A stretch of DNA of 63,715 nt, the filler included, from Lenisia limosa (taxonomy: Eukaryota > Protista > Breviatea): the NCBI GenBank assembly GCA_001655205.1. It is 14 parts of 14 records of this genome, joined end to end, with 100 filler letters (N's around TTAATTAATTAA, not from the genome) between each part and the next. Parts side by side here need not be neighbours in the genome. Positions count along the whole stretch, not along the records: positions 12,089 to 17,417 come from LPNZ01000386.1; positions 17,518 to 20,315 come from LPNZ01005535.1; positions 20,416 to 22,154 come from LPNZ01008044.1; positions 22,255 to 24,229 come from LPNZ01002793.1; positions 24,330 to 26,767 come from LPNZ01002514.1; 9 more parts are not named here. One strand, given 5' to 3'. This document shows, piece by piece, positions 12,089-24,769 of this stretch. Position numbers and translations under genes: made by a program. The stretch's first letter is position 1, and the number at the start of each line of letters is the position of its first letter. The notes beneath the pieces are model-generated. The model was given only the letters and a program-made list of their open reading frames with translations. It was not told the origin of the DNA and made no database searches.

Positions 12089-15000
12089 GCGGCCGGGGCC
12101 TCTTTTGAGGAGTCCCCGCGGGTGATGAAGCGCGTTTCCTCTGTACCTTCGGAAGACGGAAGTTTGGTTCCGAAAAAGAAGCCAACGGAGAACAAAAAGG
12201 AGCCAACGGAGAGCAAAACCGAGCCGAAGCCTTCTTCAACAGCCGCAAAGCACTCCAACCTCCCCACTTCGCCAAAACCACGTGCCGGACAAACAAGACG
12301 AACTGAACCCCGGTCAAAACAGGGACCGTCGGTAAAAAGCGCTTCCGATATCCAAGCTTCCGACTCCAAGCCGAAGCCGAAATCAACCAAACCTCGGTCT
12401 AGTTCTCTGACCAAACCGGCCGAACCTATTCCTCCGAAGCCGAGCCGACTTGCTGAACCATCCGAGACGGAACCTGTCAAAGCGAGCACAGATCCGAAAA
12501 AGACATCCGGGCCAAAGAAACCCCCGGGTACTCGGGGTACTGGTGACGCACAACCCAAAGAACCCAAAGAACCGGCTGTTTCTTCCAAGCCCCAGGTCAC
12601 CAAAAAGGAACTTCCTAAAAAGGACATTCCCCATCCAGAAAGGGAAACTCCCAAAAAGGAACAGCTGAAAAAGGAACCTCCAAAAAAAGAAACCGGTCAT
12701 CCCCATCCTCATATTGAAACCCCACAAAAGGACCTTCCTAAAAAGGAAACTACAGTTCGGCCGCACCCATTCACAACCACCAACCCCAAACCAAAAACAA
12801 AACCGCCCCCTGTCGGTACCCTTCACCCCACTCCGAAACCCAGTCTCTCCAAATCTTGTCCGACATCCACATCTCGAAATGATGGTAAGTGATTGAGGTT
12901 GCTTAGGTTATTATTGTAATGTGATTGAGTTATGGGCTTTTTGTTTCATAAATTTTCCTTACCGACACCCCNNNNNNNNNNNNNNNNNNNNNNNNNNNNN
13001 NNNNNNNNNNNNNNNNNNNNNNNNNNNNNNNNNNNNNNNNNNNNNNNNNNNNNNNNNNNNNNNNNNNNNNNNNNNNNNNNNNNNNNNNCACCGAAAGCGG
13101 AGGAGAAACTATCGGAAGTATCGGAAGCGTCGGAAGTATCGAAAGCATCGCATTCGACAGAAGAGGTATTTTGCGGCGGATTCTGAGATTATAACGACGT
13201 GTGGATAACAATAGGCTTCTCTAACTTGCAAGATTGCTGATTTTGGGCTAATTTTTTGATTCATAAATGTTCTCATGTTACACCTCCTTACCCCAGGTTA
13301 TAGTAATTATTTCATCCCCCCACCCCCAGGTTAAATATTTTTTGTTGTCACCTTCTCTCGTGTATTTTTAGCCAACAGAGTTAATTTTGGGCTTTTTAAT
13401 TATATAAAAATTCCTATTTACCCCCTCTCCTTTCCTCAGATTATTGCCGATATTCAGCCCGAAGAGGTAGCGGACGAAGCATCGCAGGTTAAGTCTTCGG
13501 ACAGCCCGCAGCCCCAGGTAAACTATAATCACTTTCTGTTTTTTTTTTATTTTCTCATTTATTATTTTTCTTTTTCTTTTTTCTTTATTTTTTTACTTTA
13601 ATTTTTTCTTTTCTTTTTGTCAGTCTGATAGTTTCAGATAGTGGCGAGTCCTCAGCAACCTCGAGGAAGAAAGCCTCCAAGTACCAAGCCTCGTGGGGGG
13701 GGGGCTATTTGTGTCGTTGATTGGGACTCTTGTGAATCATTGTAGTATATTCGTTTTAATTAGATCTTTTTTTGGTTTCTATAACATTTTCTTATTTGCT
13801 ATTGTTTCTTTATGTGTAAGTATTATCTGCCGTATTTGGTTATGTGCATCCATATTCGGCAATATATTCATATGAAGCAATATATCCATATTTGGTAATG
13901 TTTCCAATGCAGTTGTATATCCGTATTTAATAATATCTCACTCTTCAGAATCCGCCACACTTTCCAAAAGTCAAACAGTGGTATGCTTGGACTCTTCTGA
14001 ATAACAGACAGTCATCTGTACCTCTGATGGATTATGATGATGTTTTGGTGTATTTTTTTTAGGACAGTTGCAAAATTTGATGTAATAAAAAATTTCGGAC
14101 ACTTTAATTTCGAATATTTACAATTATTGTTTATAACTGCATGAACTGCTAGTATTTTTGAATATTGACCGAGATAAGTCCTGATGCGATAGTGCTTCAT
14201 CTTGAGTCAATCGTGACTCGTGTCAGGACTTATCGTTGTCAGACTGTGTATTCGTTTATACCACCCATTTCTTGCAGGCATTTACGGCTATGGCTTTACT
14301 CTGGTGCGAAATAGAGCGATAGCGTATCGAAATATATCGATGATTTATCAATTCGGTCATTTTCTGGATCAGAGTAAAGCCCTTGGTATTAGGGAGGCGA
14401 ATTCCCAGGTGATGGTCATTACCCCAGGTTTTTTATATGGCATATAATATTAAGGATTCCATACGATCCCAAAATAGAATGAATTTCTCAATAAATATCG
14501 ATACGGTCTTTTTCGGACCATAGGTAAGCCCAATACTTATACTATACTATATATTTTTATATCATATGTGTTCGTTTTCTTACAGTAAAGCTATACAAAA
14601 GTTTCCCTAGATTTTTAATGTATATTTTTTATTTCTCTTGTTCAAAAAAAATAAAAAAAACCCGAAAAGGCCTGCAAAATGAGGTGCATTTGAATACAAA
14701 AGGCGTCAAACACGAAGTCACTCTATTTTATTTGTGTTCTTTTTCTTACAATAAAGCCATCCAACCGCCCTCGGCCCAAAACCGTACACTCCCCCCCTCA
14801 AACTGCCAAGAAATCTGGACCCCCTCAGGTGAGCTAGTTTTGCAGATTAACGGCTGTTTCTGGAGGCCCACAAAGCAACAAATGTTAAAGAATATGTTTT
14901 AATCTAGAAATGAAATAACAGTAACTATCTCTTTTGGTAAATTGTATGTTTAACCCTGACCACATTAGGCCCATCGTCCCTACTTCGCCAAAGCTAACCC

Positions 15001-17417
15001 TCGAACAGCCAAACAGTCCCCCCAGGTATGTGAGAACAGATAATAATAGAATTATTATAACCATTTTTATCTGATATCATATGTATATACATATACTATC
15101 GGTATTTACACATATTAATATTTATAATAGTAATCAATAATAATAATAAACAATAATAATAGTAATAAAAGTAATTAATAGTCTAATACAAAGTCGCTTT
15201 TAATGACTGCAGAAACCCCAGAAATCCCAGATGAGTGCACCTGAAGAAGCCAAAGATGAGGTGAGGGATGTGGGGGGGTCAATCTTAGCGACTAGGGCTT
15301 CAGTTCCGTTCCAAAAAACTGGGAAAATATCGATAGTTTTCGAAGTTTATCGAGAAATTCACTTTTTTCGAACCGAAGTGAAGCCGTATTAGCATTCTTT
15401 TTTTTTCTTACCCACTGTTGCAGTCTACTTCAGTCACGCCACGACGAGTCAAAGTTTCCTCTAAGTCGCCAGGTCGAAATGACGTAGGACTGTGCAACAG
15501 AGAATTTGTTATGAATGTAGCATACTGTATATGATACAGTGACCGGGATAAGTCTTTACCGATTTGCTTTGTGATTTTCCAAGGAAAATGGGTCAAGACT
15601 TATCCCTGACTGTGTATGTACATTTGATCGTATCTTGAGAGATACACATAGGAATACCGTAAACTAGGAACCTGTGCGATTATTTTTTCAATTAATTGCA
15701 TGGAGCTACCATAAACTTAAAAGTTGTGAATTATCTGGAGGAAAGAGTGCTCCAGCCCTACTCAGTTACCCCCACGCAGAGTTGTTTTTTATCATAAATT
15801 TTCCATTTTTACTCTTCACTCCCCTTCCTCAATTTTCCAATTTTACTGTACGTCGCTGGAGTGATGGGATGTCGTGTTGCAGAAGAGATTGACCTGGGCT
15901 TTGTTNNNNNNNNNNNNNNNNNNNNNNNNNNNNNNNNNNNNNNNNNNNNNNNNNNNNNNNNNNNNNNNNNNNNNNNNNNTTGTTTCATAAATTTCCCATT
16001 TTACCCCCTAGGTGAAACCCACACCCCTCAACACACCCCTACGTATCAGCAGAGGAGCGCTAACGGAGGTGAAAGAGCCACAGCCACCACAAGAGGTTTG
16101 TATTGATCAATCATATCACTTCTGGGTCATTTTCACACGTGTGAACTATTCCCTTTTTTGTGTTATTTTCACAGGTATGAAAACTATCATTTTGTACGTA
16201 TTTGTCATATGTTCACCCAACTTACCATATAAGGTAACTGCCCTCTCCCCTGTGGCTTCGCACTCCAAAATCGCCACAAGCCCGTCAAAATCCTCCCCCA
16301 TGAAGCCCGCAGGTGGTACCCCGAAGAAATCAGGGGGACCCGGGTCCGTACATCCGACTCCTTCGGTACGGGCTGCACGTGACTCGCTTTTCTCATTTCT
16401 TTATTTGGGCTGACCCTGTTCTTGCATTAATTTGGCATCTACCATAGTTAAAGAAATAATTGAAAATTAACGGGGTCAGCTTCCCTTTAATTTTGATATA
16501 AACAGCCCTCTGTTCTTGAATTTGGCGGGTTCTGGAGTTGTGAATGGGATTTAGTGGACATTTGATACAGAACTCAGAAAAGTCAGGAGACAGAATCCAT
16601 AGGAGAACGACAATAAGATACTCAAGTTCATTAATCTTGATTCTCTTGCATTCCATCCTTCACCCCATCATCACGTTGTTGAAGTGTATATTTCATTTAC
16701 ATTGGAAACTGTCTCCAAAATATAGTCCAAATAAGGCAAGTACCTAAAATATTGAGCCTAAATAAGGCAAGTGCCTTATCATTTAGAGCCTAAATAAGGC
16801 AAGTAAACCGGATGCACCAGGACGAACGCCTACAAAACCCCAGGGAACCCCCACCTCGGTCAAAGCGGTTAGTTGGGTAGCTGTTGATTCATCTCAAAAA
16901 ATATCATTTTTACAATTTCAAGCTTCTTTTTGTATTTTGATATCAAATCATATATACAGTATCATAACAATATATAGTATTTGTGTTCAAAACACTTTCC
17001 ATTGTTTTACCTGATGGGATGCGGTGCTGTAGAAGCGACTGGCCTGGGTTTTGTTTGATTTGTTGTTATCAACCCTTGTGTGTTGTCAGCCAACAGAGTT
17101 GATTTTGAGATTTTTTTCTGTTTCATAAATTTTTCAATTTCATTCCCCCCCCCCCCTTCCAGAAGAAGCCTGGCCCAATCCGCCCCTCTGCCAAACCTAT
17201 CCCTTCAAAAGTCATGATTAAGGAAAAACGTGGGGGGGGGGTATTCAGAATATATTCTTGGAACACACATTTAGCCAACAGAGTAAACTTGGGCTTTTTT
17301 TCATAAATTTCCATATAATAGAGTTGATTTGGGCGTTTTTGTTTCATAAAATTTTTATGCCCTACCTCCGTCATACCTCTCAGCCACCCCCATCATCCCG
17401 TCGCCCCCTATCTCAGA
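12089..17417 (+). CDS. Large low-complexity Pro/Lys/Ser/Glu-rich (disordered) protein, multi-exon fragment
   Basis: An ~800-nt open exon ends at GATG|GTAAGT (12884) and has repeated PKKE/PQKD motifs. Further small acidic or Pro-rich exons occur at ~13090, 13440, 13625, 14960, 15215, 16012 and 16225. Confidence 0.65.
14289..14384. mobile_element. Family A variant; a further decayed copy lies at ~14451-14533
   Basis: Perfect arms GGCTTTACTCTG / CAGAGTAAAGCC around an ATCGA-rich core. Confidence 0.7.
15293..15388. mobile_element. Family A MITE
   Basis: TAGGGCTTCAG...GTGAAGCCGTA, with partial TSD TTAGCGAC/TTAGCATT. Confidence 0.85.
15857..16011 (+). repeat. Family B copy spanning a gap and ending at the acceptor
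   Basis: Head GGAGTGATGGGATG...GCAGAAGAG; tail TTTCATAAATTTCCCATTTTACCCCCTAG. Partial copies at 12931-12971 and 13353-13439. Confidence 0.75.
17012..17162 (+). repeat. Family B, full copy
   Basis: TGATGGGATGCGGTGCTGTAGAAGCGACTGGCC...AGCCAACAGAGTTGATTTTG...TTTCATAAATTTTT...poly-C...CCAG. Tandem partial copies follow at 17271-17383. Confidence 0.9.
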
Positions 17418-17517
17418 NNNNNNNNNNNNNNNNNNNNNNNNNNNNNNNNNNNNNNNNNNNNTTAATTAATTAANNNNNNNNNNNNNNNNNNNNNNNNNNN
17501 NNNNNNNNNNNNNNNNN

Positions 17518-20030
17518 GCACGTGGTCGGCTTCCTTCAAGGTGGCGCCATGTTTGAGCCCTCACGTGTCGACCTCCTCAACTCCGTAGGGCTTGGACCTG
17601 TTTTTCTATGGATTGGAGTTTTTGGTGTTGTTTTTTACCACTTTTTCTCTTTCTGTTGGACTTGTCGTGTCCTGTCTTCTATTTATGAACTATCCAATCT
17701 GTTTATTAAATAATTTGTTGAGTACTTAGAACTTTTTGTTCCACCTCATACTAAAATGTCATACTTACACCCCGTTCACCTTTGTAGCTGATGAGTCGAC
17801 AACAACCACTTGTTTCGTAAGATGGGCTGATTAAACGCAGGTGTGCTCTAGTACTCTACCTCATTTTGCCTCATTTCTACGAAAACACATCTAAATTGTT
17901 ATAGCAGATCTTTGGTTCAATCACCTTCTAATTTCCAGGGACTTGCATTCCATGATAAACTGGAGCCAAATTGCCCAGGAATGCTATCACAAGGTATGTC
18001 ATATTCTGCCACTTTATCACTTTATTGCGATTCAATTTATTATTTTTTTGGAGAAAAGGCTATTTTTATCGTCTGTGTTGTGAAATACAATCAAACCCCG
18101 GTTCTTCCTTTTCAGGGAGTGAATGAGTATGGTGCAAGGCTTCGCAGAACTCCTCAAAGGCCCCACACTCCTGCAATTATGGTGAGGTCAATTAAATAGT
18201 TCATAAATGTTATGAAATAGTATATGGAAAGGGGGGCTATGGGGTATGAAATTCTTATTATCTCTCTTTTTGATAAGGTATTTGGATATGAAGCAGCTTT
18301 AATTCGGTTACTCTTTGTTTTTTGTTTTTTTTTTGTTTTTGTTTTTTTGCTCTTTGTTTTGTTCGTCATCGGTACCTTTATCCTGTTATTTTCCTTCAGT
18401 ATTTCCTTAGTTTTCACTACCTTTACGCCACTACTCTTCATCGNNNNNNNNNNNNNNNNNNNNNNNNNNNNNNNNNNNNNNNNNNNNNNNNNNNNNNNNT
18501 CCTTCGTTTTACACCCCCCCCCCAGAGTCCTGTGAGAAACCGCATCCATTTAATGACCCTTCCCATCAGCCTTCCGCCACAGCATGAAATCATCAATATT
18601 TCGGTGATCTCAGGGATCTGTTTAGATGTAGTGATGATGATAATGGGGGCAGTAAGAATCATAGGAATGGGGATGGGGATCATGATGATGATGATAATGA
18701 AATGTTGATGATGGTGATAATGAAATGTTGATGATGGTGATAATGAAATGTNNNNNNNNNNNNNNNNNNNNNNNNNNNNNNNNNNNNNNNNNNNNNNNNN
18801 NNNNNNNNNNNNNNNNNNNNNNNNNNNNNNNNNNNNNNNNNNNNNNNNNNNNNNNNNNNNNNNNNNNNNNNNNNNNNNNNNNNNNNNNNNNNNNNNNNNN
18901 NNNNNNNNNNNNNNNNNNNNNNNNNNNNNNNNNNNNNNNNNNNNNNNNNNNNNNNNNNNNNNNNNNNNNNNNNNNNNNNNNNNNNNNNNNNNNNNNNNNN
19001 NNNNNNNNNNNNNNNNNNNNNNNNNNNNNNNNNNNNNNNNNNNNNNNNNNNNNNNNNNTTACTATTTTATTGATTACTGCACCAATTCCCTTCTTACTTG
19101 CCTAAAGGTACAACTATTTCTGTCTCAACGAGGCCTGCAACCAGCACCACTCACAGTGTACCTCCGTCCTGACCACATTGGCTGACATCAGAGAGGTTGG
19201 AGTAAAAGGGAAAATATATCATTTTGAGAAATTTTCCAAAATATGTAATATCTCTGTGGTAATAACCGAAATTGCCCCCCATTTTAAGCTCAAGCAGGAT
19301 AATTGTTTGCGGTAAGTCTCCAATCGAACTTGACTTCGTTCGAACAAGGCTTACTTGGGATATATTTGGAATGTGGAGCAAATGATTACAAATATAACCT
19401 TTTTTTTTTTGGAGAATTGTCAACAGCAAGTCGATACCTTCATTTCCGTTTGCGTTTTTATCAGTGTTTATTAAAAAAAAATACTTACATATTGACTGTT
19501 TTATGACGGGGAGATCTGGTGCTGCAGAAGCGACTTGCCTGGGCTCTTTTTTTATTATTCAACTCTCATATGCTGCTAATATTTAGCCAACAGATTCGAT
19601 TTTGAGGTTTTAATATTCTGTCCCCTACTGCCCACTGCTCCTCCCTTTGCCCATTTCGATTGAAAGTCACGACACAGAAAAATGAGACTCTCTACGTTGC
19701 CAAAGTTCACCCCCAAAGCCTCAGGCTAACCTGTAGCAACAAGGTGTGCACAATGTCGATGTTGAGATTTTCTTCATTTTTGAAATTGTGGAACCACTCT
19801 CTTCCTCTATTTTCCAGGCTTTTTTTTATTATTGTCTATTTGACTGTTTCAAACCCTTGTCATAATCTTCTTTTTTCCGTTGTTTCACCAATATACAATC
19901 GAAGGCTTTGATTTCAGACATTCTTACCCCTTTTGTGTTTTCCATTCCTTGCCATTAATGTCCTCGCAGTCATCCTGTCGAGCCTGCCACCTGGTTGCCG
20001 ATGTTGTCGAGTCCGATGTTGACCAGTTCA
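17518..20030 (+). CDS. Spliced protein fragment of unknown family
   Basis: Exons read HVVGFLQGGAMFEPSRVDLLNS, GLAFHDKLEPNCPGMLSQ, GVNEYGARLRRTPQRPHTPAIM and SPVRNRIHLMTLPISLPPQHEIINIS, with GT-AG junctions. Confidence 0.55.
18690..18751. repeat. 21-bp tandem repeat running into a long gap
   Basis: Unit TGATGATGGTGATAATGAAATG-like, at least 3 copies before the N-run. Confidence 0.75.
19505..19620 (+). repeat. Family B copy; another at 20196-20315
   Basis: GGTGCTGCAGAAGCGACTTGCCTGGGC...AGCCAACAGATTCGATTTTG. Confidence 0.75.
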
Positions 20031-20842
20031 GTAAGGGGGGTTTTGGGCATGACGCTCAACATAATCACTGTATATATATTCATTAGCATGTGGGTGGAAT
20101 TATCTCTTTTGAAACTTCAAACAACGCTCACTTATTTATTCTGTCTCATCTACTCAAAGAATGTATTGATTATACAGTGTATTATGTATTAGTGCAATGC
20201 TGCAGAAGAATAAAGTATTTGTCTCTGTTTCATAGTTTACCCTCCCCGCGAGCTAGAGTTGATTTTGGGGTCATTTTTTGCTTTTAATTTTCCATGTTTA
20301 TCCCCCCCCCCCCCCNNNNNNNNNNNNNNNNNNNNNNNNNNNNNNNNNNNNNNNNNNNNTTAATTAATTAANNNNNNNNNNNNNNNNNNNNNNNNNNNNN
20401 NNNNNNNNNNNNNNNACAAACAAAGCACATGTCGTATGTATACTTCTATGTTATCATCATTTCTCAGCTGATATCATCCAATTTGACCCAAATCTATCAC
20501 AACACGATGTGGCCATTCTCAAGACTGCTACAACCGAAGGCAGGTTACATCTTGGCGTTGTAGAAAAAAAAAAACAAAGCAAGATATTAGAAGAGGGTGA
20601 GCTGTAACTTTAAATATTTGGAAGAAAACCCCATTCTTTNNNNNNNNNNNNNNNNNNNNNNNNNNNNNNNNNNNNNNNNNNNNNNNNNNNNNNNNNNNNN
20701 NNNNNNNNNNNNNNNNNNNNNNNNNNNNNNNNNNNNNNNNNNNNNNNNNNNNNNNNNNNNNNNNNNNNNNNNNNNNNNNNNNNNNNNNNNNNNNNNNNNN
20801 NNNNNNNNNNNNNNNNNNNNNNNNNNNNNNNNNNNNNNNNNN

Positions 20843-22005
20843 AGCTTGCTACGGGGGAAAAGTCAGAAGACGCTGTATTGAGAATGTCGGTTATAAGAGC
20901 TGAAAAGTCAGCGGAGGCTGTGTAAGAGTAATACAAATATATTAAGATACGGAAATGGGAATAAATAATAATGATAAGAATAGTAGAAGTAAAAATAACA
21001 ACAAACAACATCAATAACAGCAGCAGCTTTGTCTACTCCCTCCCCCTATCCAAAACCCGTACCTCATCCAGGAGTTGCACACAGGCCGCCACATCCAGGG
21101 TAAGGGGCTCAACGATGGGCTCCCACTCTGCTGTGTGCTTGTTGAAGAAGTCTAGTGCGATTCTGGGCGGGTTATGTGAAATTGCGTCGTGGTGATGATG
21201 ATGGTGAAAAGAATAAGTAGATGATGATAATGATGATTATGGTGATGAGGCATAATAATAATTATAAAAAAAAATAATAATAAAAAAAATAACGATAAAA
21301 ACAATACACACACATACATACACATCAAAAAAACTGAATCACCCCCCCCCCCACTTTGCCCCAAGACTGATTTGGATGGGTGTGGCCATGGTACCCGTGA
21401 CCTTGGCTGAGACGCGGGAAACTATCTAGGGGGAGGGGGAGTAAAATTTGAAAATTTAAGAAAAAAAACAAGCTTAAAATCAGCTCTGCTGGCCTACAAC
21501 ACAAAAGGGTTGATGATAACAACAAAACAAATAAAAGCCCAGGGCCAGTCGCTTCTTCAGTACCGCATCCCATCACTCCATCGTACGAAAATTTGAAATC
21601 CATGAAAACACCATTACGCATTCACATTACTCCTCCTTACCCAACCATTTATTTGTTTCCCTATATATCATATATATGTATATTATTATTTCTCTTGCTC
21701 AAAAAAGTCCTCCTTCAAACCTCAACNNNNNNNNNNNNNNNNNNNNNNNNNNNNNNNNNNNNNNNNNNNNNNNNNNNNNNNNNNNNNNNNNNNNNNNNNN
21801 NNNNNNNNNNNNNNNNNNNNNNNNNNNNNNNNNNNNNNNNNNNNNNNNNNNNNNNNNNNNNNNNNNNNNNNNNNNNNNNNNNNNNNNNNNNNNNNNNNNN
21901 NNNNTTTATGAGTTTTGAGGGTGTGAGCTGAAAAAAGACAAGGAATTCCTCAAACCTCCATAAATGGTGTGTCCACGACGTCGGAGTCATCAATGGTAGT
22001 CAGGC
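20843..22005 (-). CDS. VPS13: VPS13-family lipid transfer protein, internal fragment
   Basis: Exons read TIDDSDVVDTPFME, IVSRVSAKVTGTMATPIQISLGAK and IALDFFNKHTAEWEPIVEPLTLDV (~21160-21060). The FN...WEPxxEP motif is characteristic of VPS13 repeats. Confidence 0.7.
21426..21579 (-). repeat. Family B, full 154-nt copy supplying the VPS13 acceptor
   Basis: Minus strand reads GGAGTGATGGGATGCGGTACTGAAGAAGCGACTGGCC...AAATTTTCAAATTTTACTCCCCCTCCCCCTAG, then the exon. Confidence 0.9.
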
Positions 22006-22284
22006 GGAATCCGTAGGTGGTCAGACTCATCTGAGCAAATGTGAAATGGATGATCAAGGATTTCATGAGGATTGATCAAGGGTTTATCGACATTAATCGC
22101 GGATCTAATGATGGTCAACTTATGAAATTCAGACACAAATTATCAGGTTTATTTNNNNNNNNNNNNNNNNNNNNNNNNNNNNNNNNNNNNNNNNNNNNTT
22201 AATTAATTAANNNNNNNNNNNNNNNNNNNNNNNNNNNNNNNNNNNNNNNNNNNNTCCCCCCTCCCCCCCTCCCCGCTCACACAC

Positions 22285-23330
22285 ACCTAAGGTATAATCT
22301 TGGGAAACAAAATGAGGATGCAATATCAGGCTGGATTATTGTTAAGATGTGGAAATGAGAAATATCTAGGGGGGGGGGGGTTACCCTATGGAGAGAGAGA
22401 TGAGAAACAAAACAAGGTTTTTTCTAGACGAAGCCGTCCATCATGACGCTTAATAGAGATATTTTGATTCTAGAATAATTTTACTTCACTTCCACACTTT
22501 ACAACAGTTTTTCTTACCAAGCTTCCCTACAGTCTCAAGAATGAATTTCTCGATAATTCCTCGAATATTATCGAGGTTTTCCTTGTCTTTTCCGGACTGT
22601 AGGGAAGTCAGCACGCATTACAAACACATTCTGGCGTTTCTCACAAAGCCAGCTCGCTGTCCAGTTACCAGTCCCTCATTTCCGAAGCCCGAATAATACT
22701 GGGTCGGTTTGCTCAGCACCCTGGGGTGGGCTCCCTGGTGGCCCAAATTCAAATGGTGACCGACAAGTCCGACGACGATCTGTTGGGCTTCTAGCTGCTA
22801 TACAATGTTTTTTTCGATCTTTCTACATTTCTACTTGTTTCTTCTACTGTATGGATGTTTCATTTTGTCTTACAAGTGTTTTGGCGCGATATAAAATAGT
22901 TGGGAAATTAGCTTAAACATATATTAGTACTCTATCGACGATATCAAACATTCATTCAGAGATAATTTCTGCTGGTAGGCTGAGTAGTGCTGGTAGGCTG
23001 AGTAGTAGAGGTGTAGTAGTGTAGTAGTAGTAGTAGGTAGATCTTGGGTAGATCAAGTGTATCTTGAGGAGTGGTTGTAATATCAAAATAATAAAAAATC
23101 GGCAGACTTCAAACCAAAATCCGATCTTTGATCGCCTTAAGAAGGCTTGCCTTTTGGTCTTTGTATTTTGTGGCAATTTTTCAATATCAAGTGGTCGGTG
23201 AAAAAGCATAACACTATAAAAAAGAATCTTAGCTGAGTTGAAGTAGTTGCTCACTTAGCGGTGTTTTCGGCTTTTTTCTCCGTCTTTCTAAACGGCATCA
23301 TGAATGGTCTCGGCTCCTTTGATGACTTTC
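22285..23330 (-). CDS. Possible spliced gene fragment
   Basis: Joinable minus-strand exons read SSKEPRPFMMPFRKTEKK, VMLFHRPLDIEKLPQ...GFWFE and LEAQQIVVGLVGHHL.... Competing open frames exist on the plus strand, so the strand is not secure. Confidence 0.3.
22518..22610. mobile_element. Family A variant (CTTCCCTAC subfamily)
   Basis: Perfect 13-bp arms CTTCCCTACAGTC / GACTGTAGGGAAG with the family core. Confidence 0.75.
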
Positions 23331-24769
23331 AAAATGATATGACAAGCTTCCAGTCTCTTGACCAGGTTTGCGTCCTCTGAGGAGATGCAATTCGGCGTTC
23401 TCATCATATAGACGCCTTTCTCAGTTGAGCAGTACCCTCCAATGGCTGAAACGGGAACCTATGTCTCCAATATGTTCTCTATTGCAGTATGCTGGCTTCC
23501 CCTCCTCTCTGATATATGGCCGTGATCATGTTCAATGAATCCCAACGCCAGTTTTTGAGAGACTGTTGCTAGTATCCCGTTGGTGTTGATTTTGATAGCG
23601 CATTAGTCATGGAATTGGCCATGGTGGCTATTTTGTTCACTTCCCTGATGGTCATGTTTTGTTTGAGATTTGGAAATCTGGTTTCAAAGTGGAATAGATT
23701 TTGTTTTATGTAGAGAGGAGAAATAAAATTGGATTGTAGAATATAATATAGTTACAGCTCAATGTGAGTACATATCGTTGTGAGTAGTTTGTCAACGTTC
23801 CATAATTTCAGATTTCGTTGTTCTGTGTTTTATCAATGTTCCAGACATTCATCTTAGTGTTGACAATGTTTCTTGTTGAAGAAAATCCAAATCGAATAGC
23901 TTTTATCATATATGATATGTTAGCAAAATTATTTTGCCGTAAAATTCTACTATTTATCACGAATTCTCTTCCAACAATAACGTAACGCCGGGGGGGATTG
24001 TTCTTAGGTCTGGTGATGTGGCTTTGGGTTTGCTGTGATAGTTTTGTTCTGGTTTATCAGAGGTATGGCAGACTTAAATGCACAATGTGCAATAAAGGCA
24101 GTGTTATTAGTGTTTTGTGTGGAGCCAGTCGCATTTACATGTAGTTTCATAATATAAATACTGCTGAAGCGACTGGCCTAGGATTTGTCGTGTGATTTTT
24201 TGGCTAATTTATATTTTTGTTGTTGATGGNNNNNNNNNNNNNNNNNNNNNNNNNNNNNNNNNNNNNNNNNNNNTTAATTAATTAANNNNNNNNNNNNNNN
24301 NNNNNNNNNNNNNNNNNNNNNNNNNNNNNATAGAGACTTTCCAAAGGTTCTTGAGAAGTACCATCGTACTTCGTATGGAGGGGAGGGGCATGTTATCCTA
24401 TAAGTGGCAAACATCGCAGAAATGGAAACTATCTTGGTTGTATCTGTCTGAAGGCGTACATATCATCACATTTTGATAAAGGTAACAATTTGTGCGTAAT
24501 ATTTATTTCATTGGCTGTGAAGCTCGTTTCAAATTATGTTTTAAGTTAGTCTACTTTATGTATCATATGAAATGTGACAATATTGTACTTTTTTGTTTTT
24601 GGAATAACACAGAGCCCAACCATACTTATCAATAGATATTGAATTCTGCTTTTTATGTATTCACTCTTCAATTCACCACAGCTTTGGTCAAGTCTTCCCT
24701 TGATTATGTGTACTGTCTACATTATATTGTCTCGTTTTTTCTTATCTGCACACTCAGCCTAACCACGCA

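Noticed and set aside
12037-12826. Long minus-strand ORFs (205 and 147 aa)
   Set aside because: They are antisense shadows of the plus-strand low-complexity exon, which ends at a canonical GTAAGT donor.
16726-16805. CRISPR-like repeat-spacer array
   Set aside because: Only three short repeats with ~18-nt AT-rich spacers, in a eukaryotic intron, with no cas genes.
18725-19185. ORFs dominated by X runs (also at 20597, 21593, 32596, 46885, 59135 and 61079)
   Set aside because: They are open only because N gaps contain no stops.
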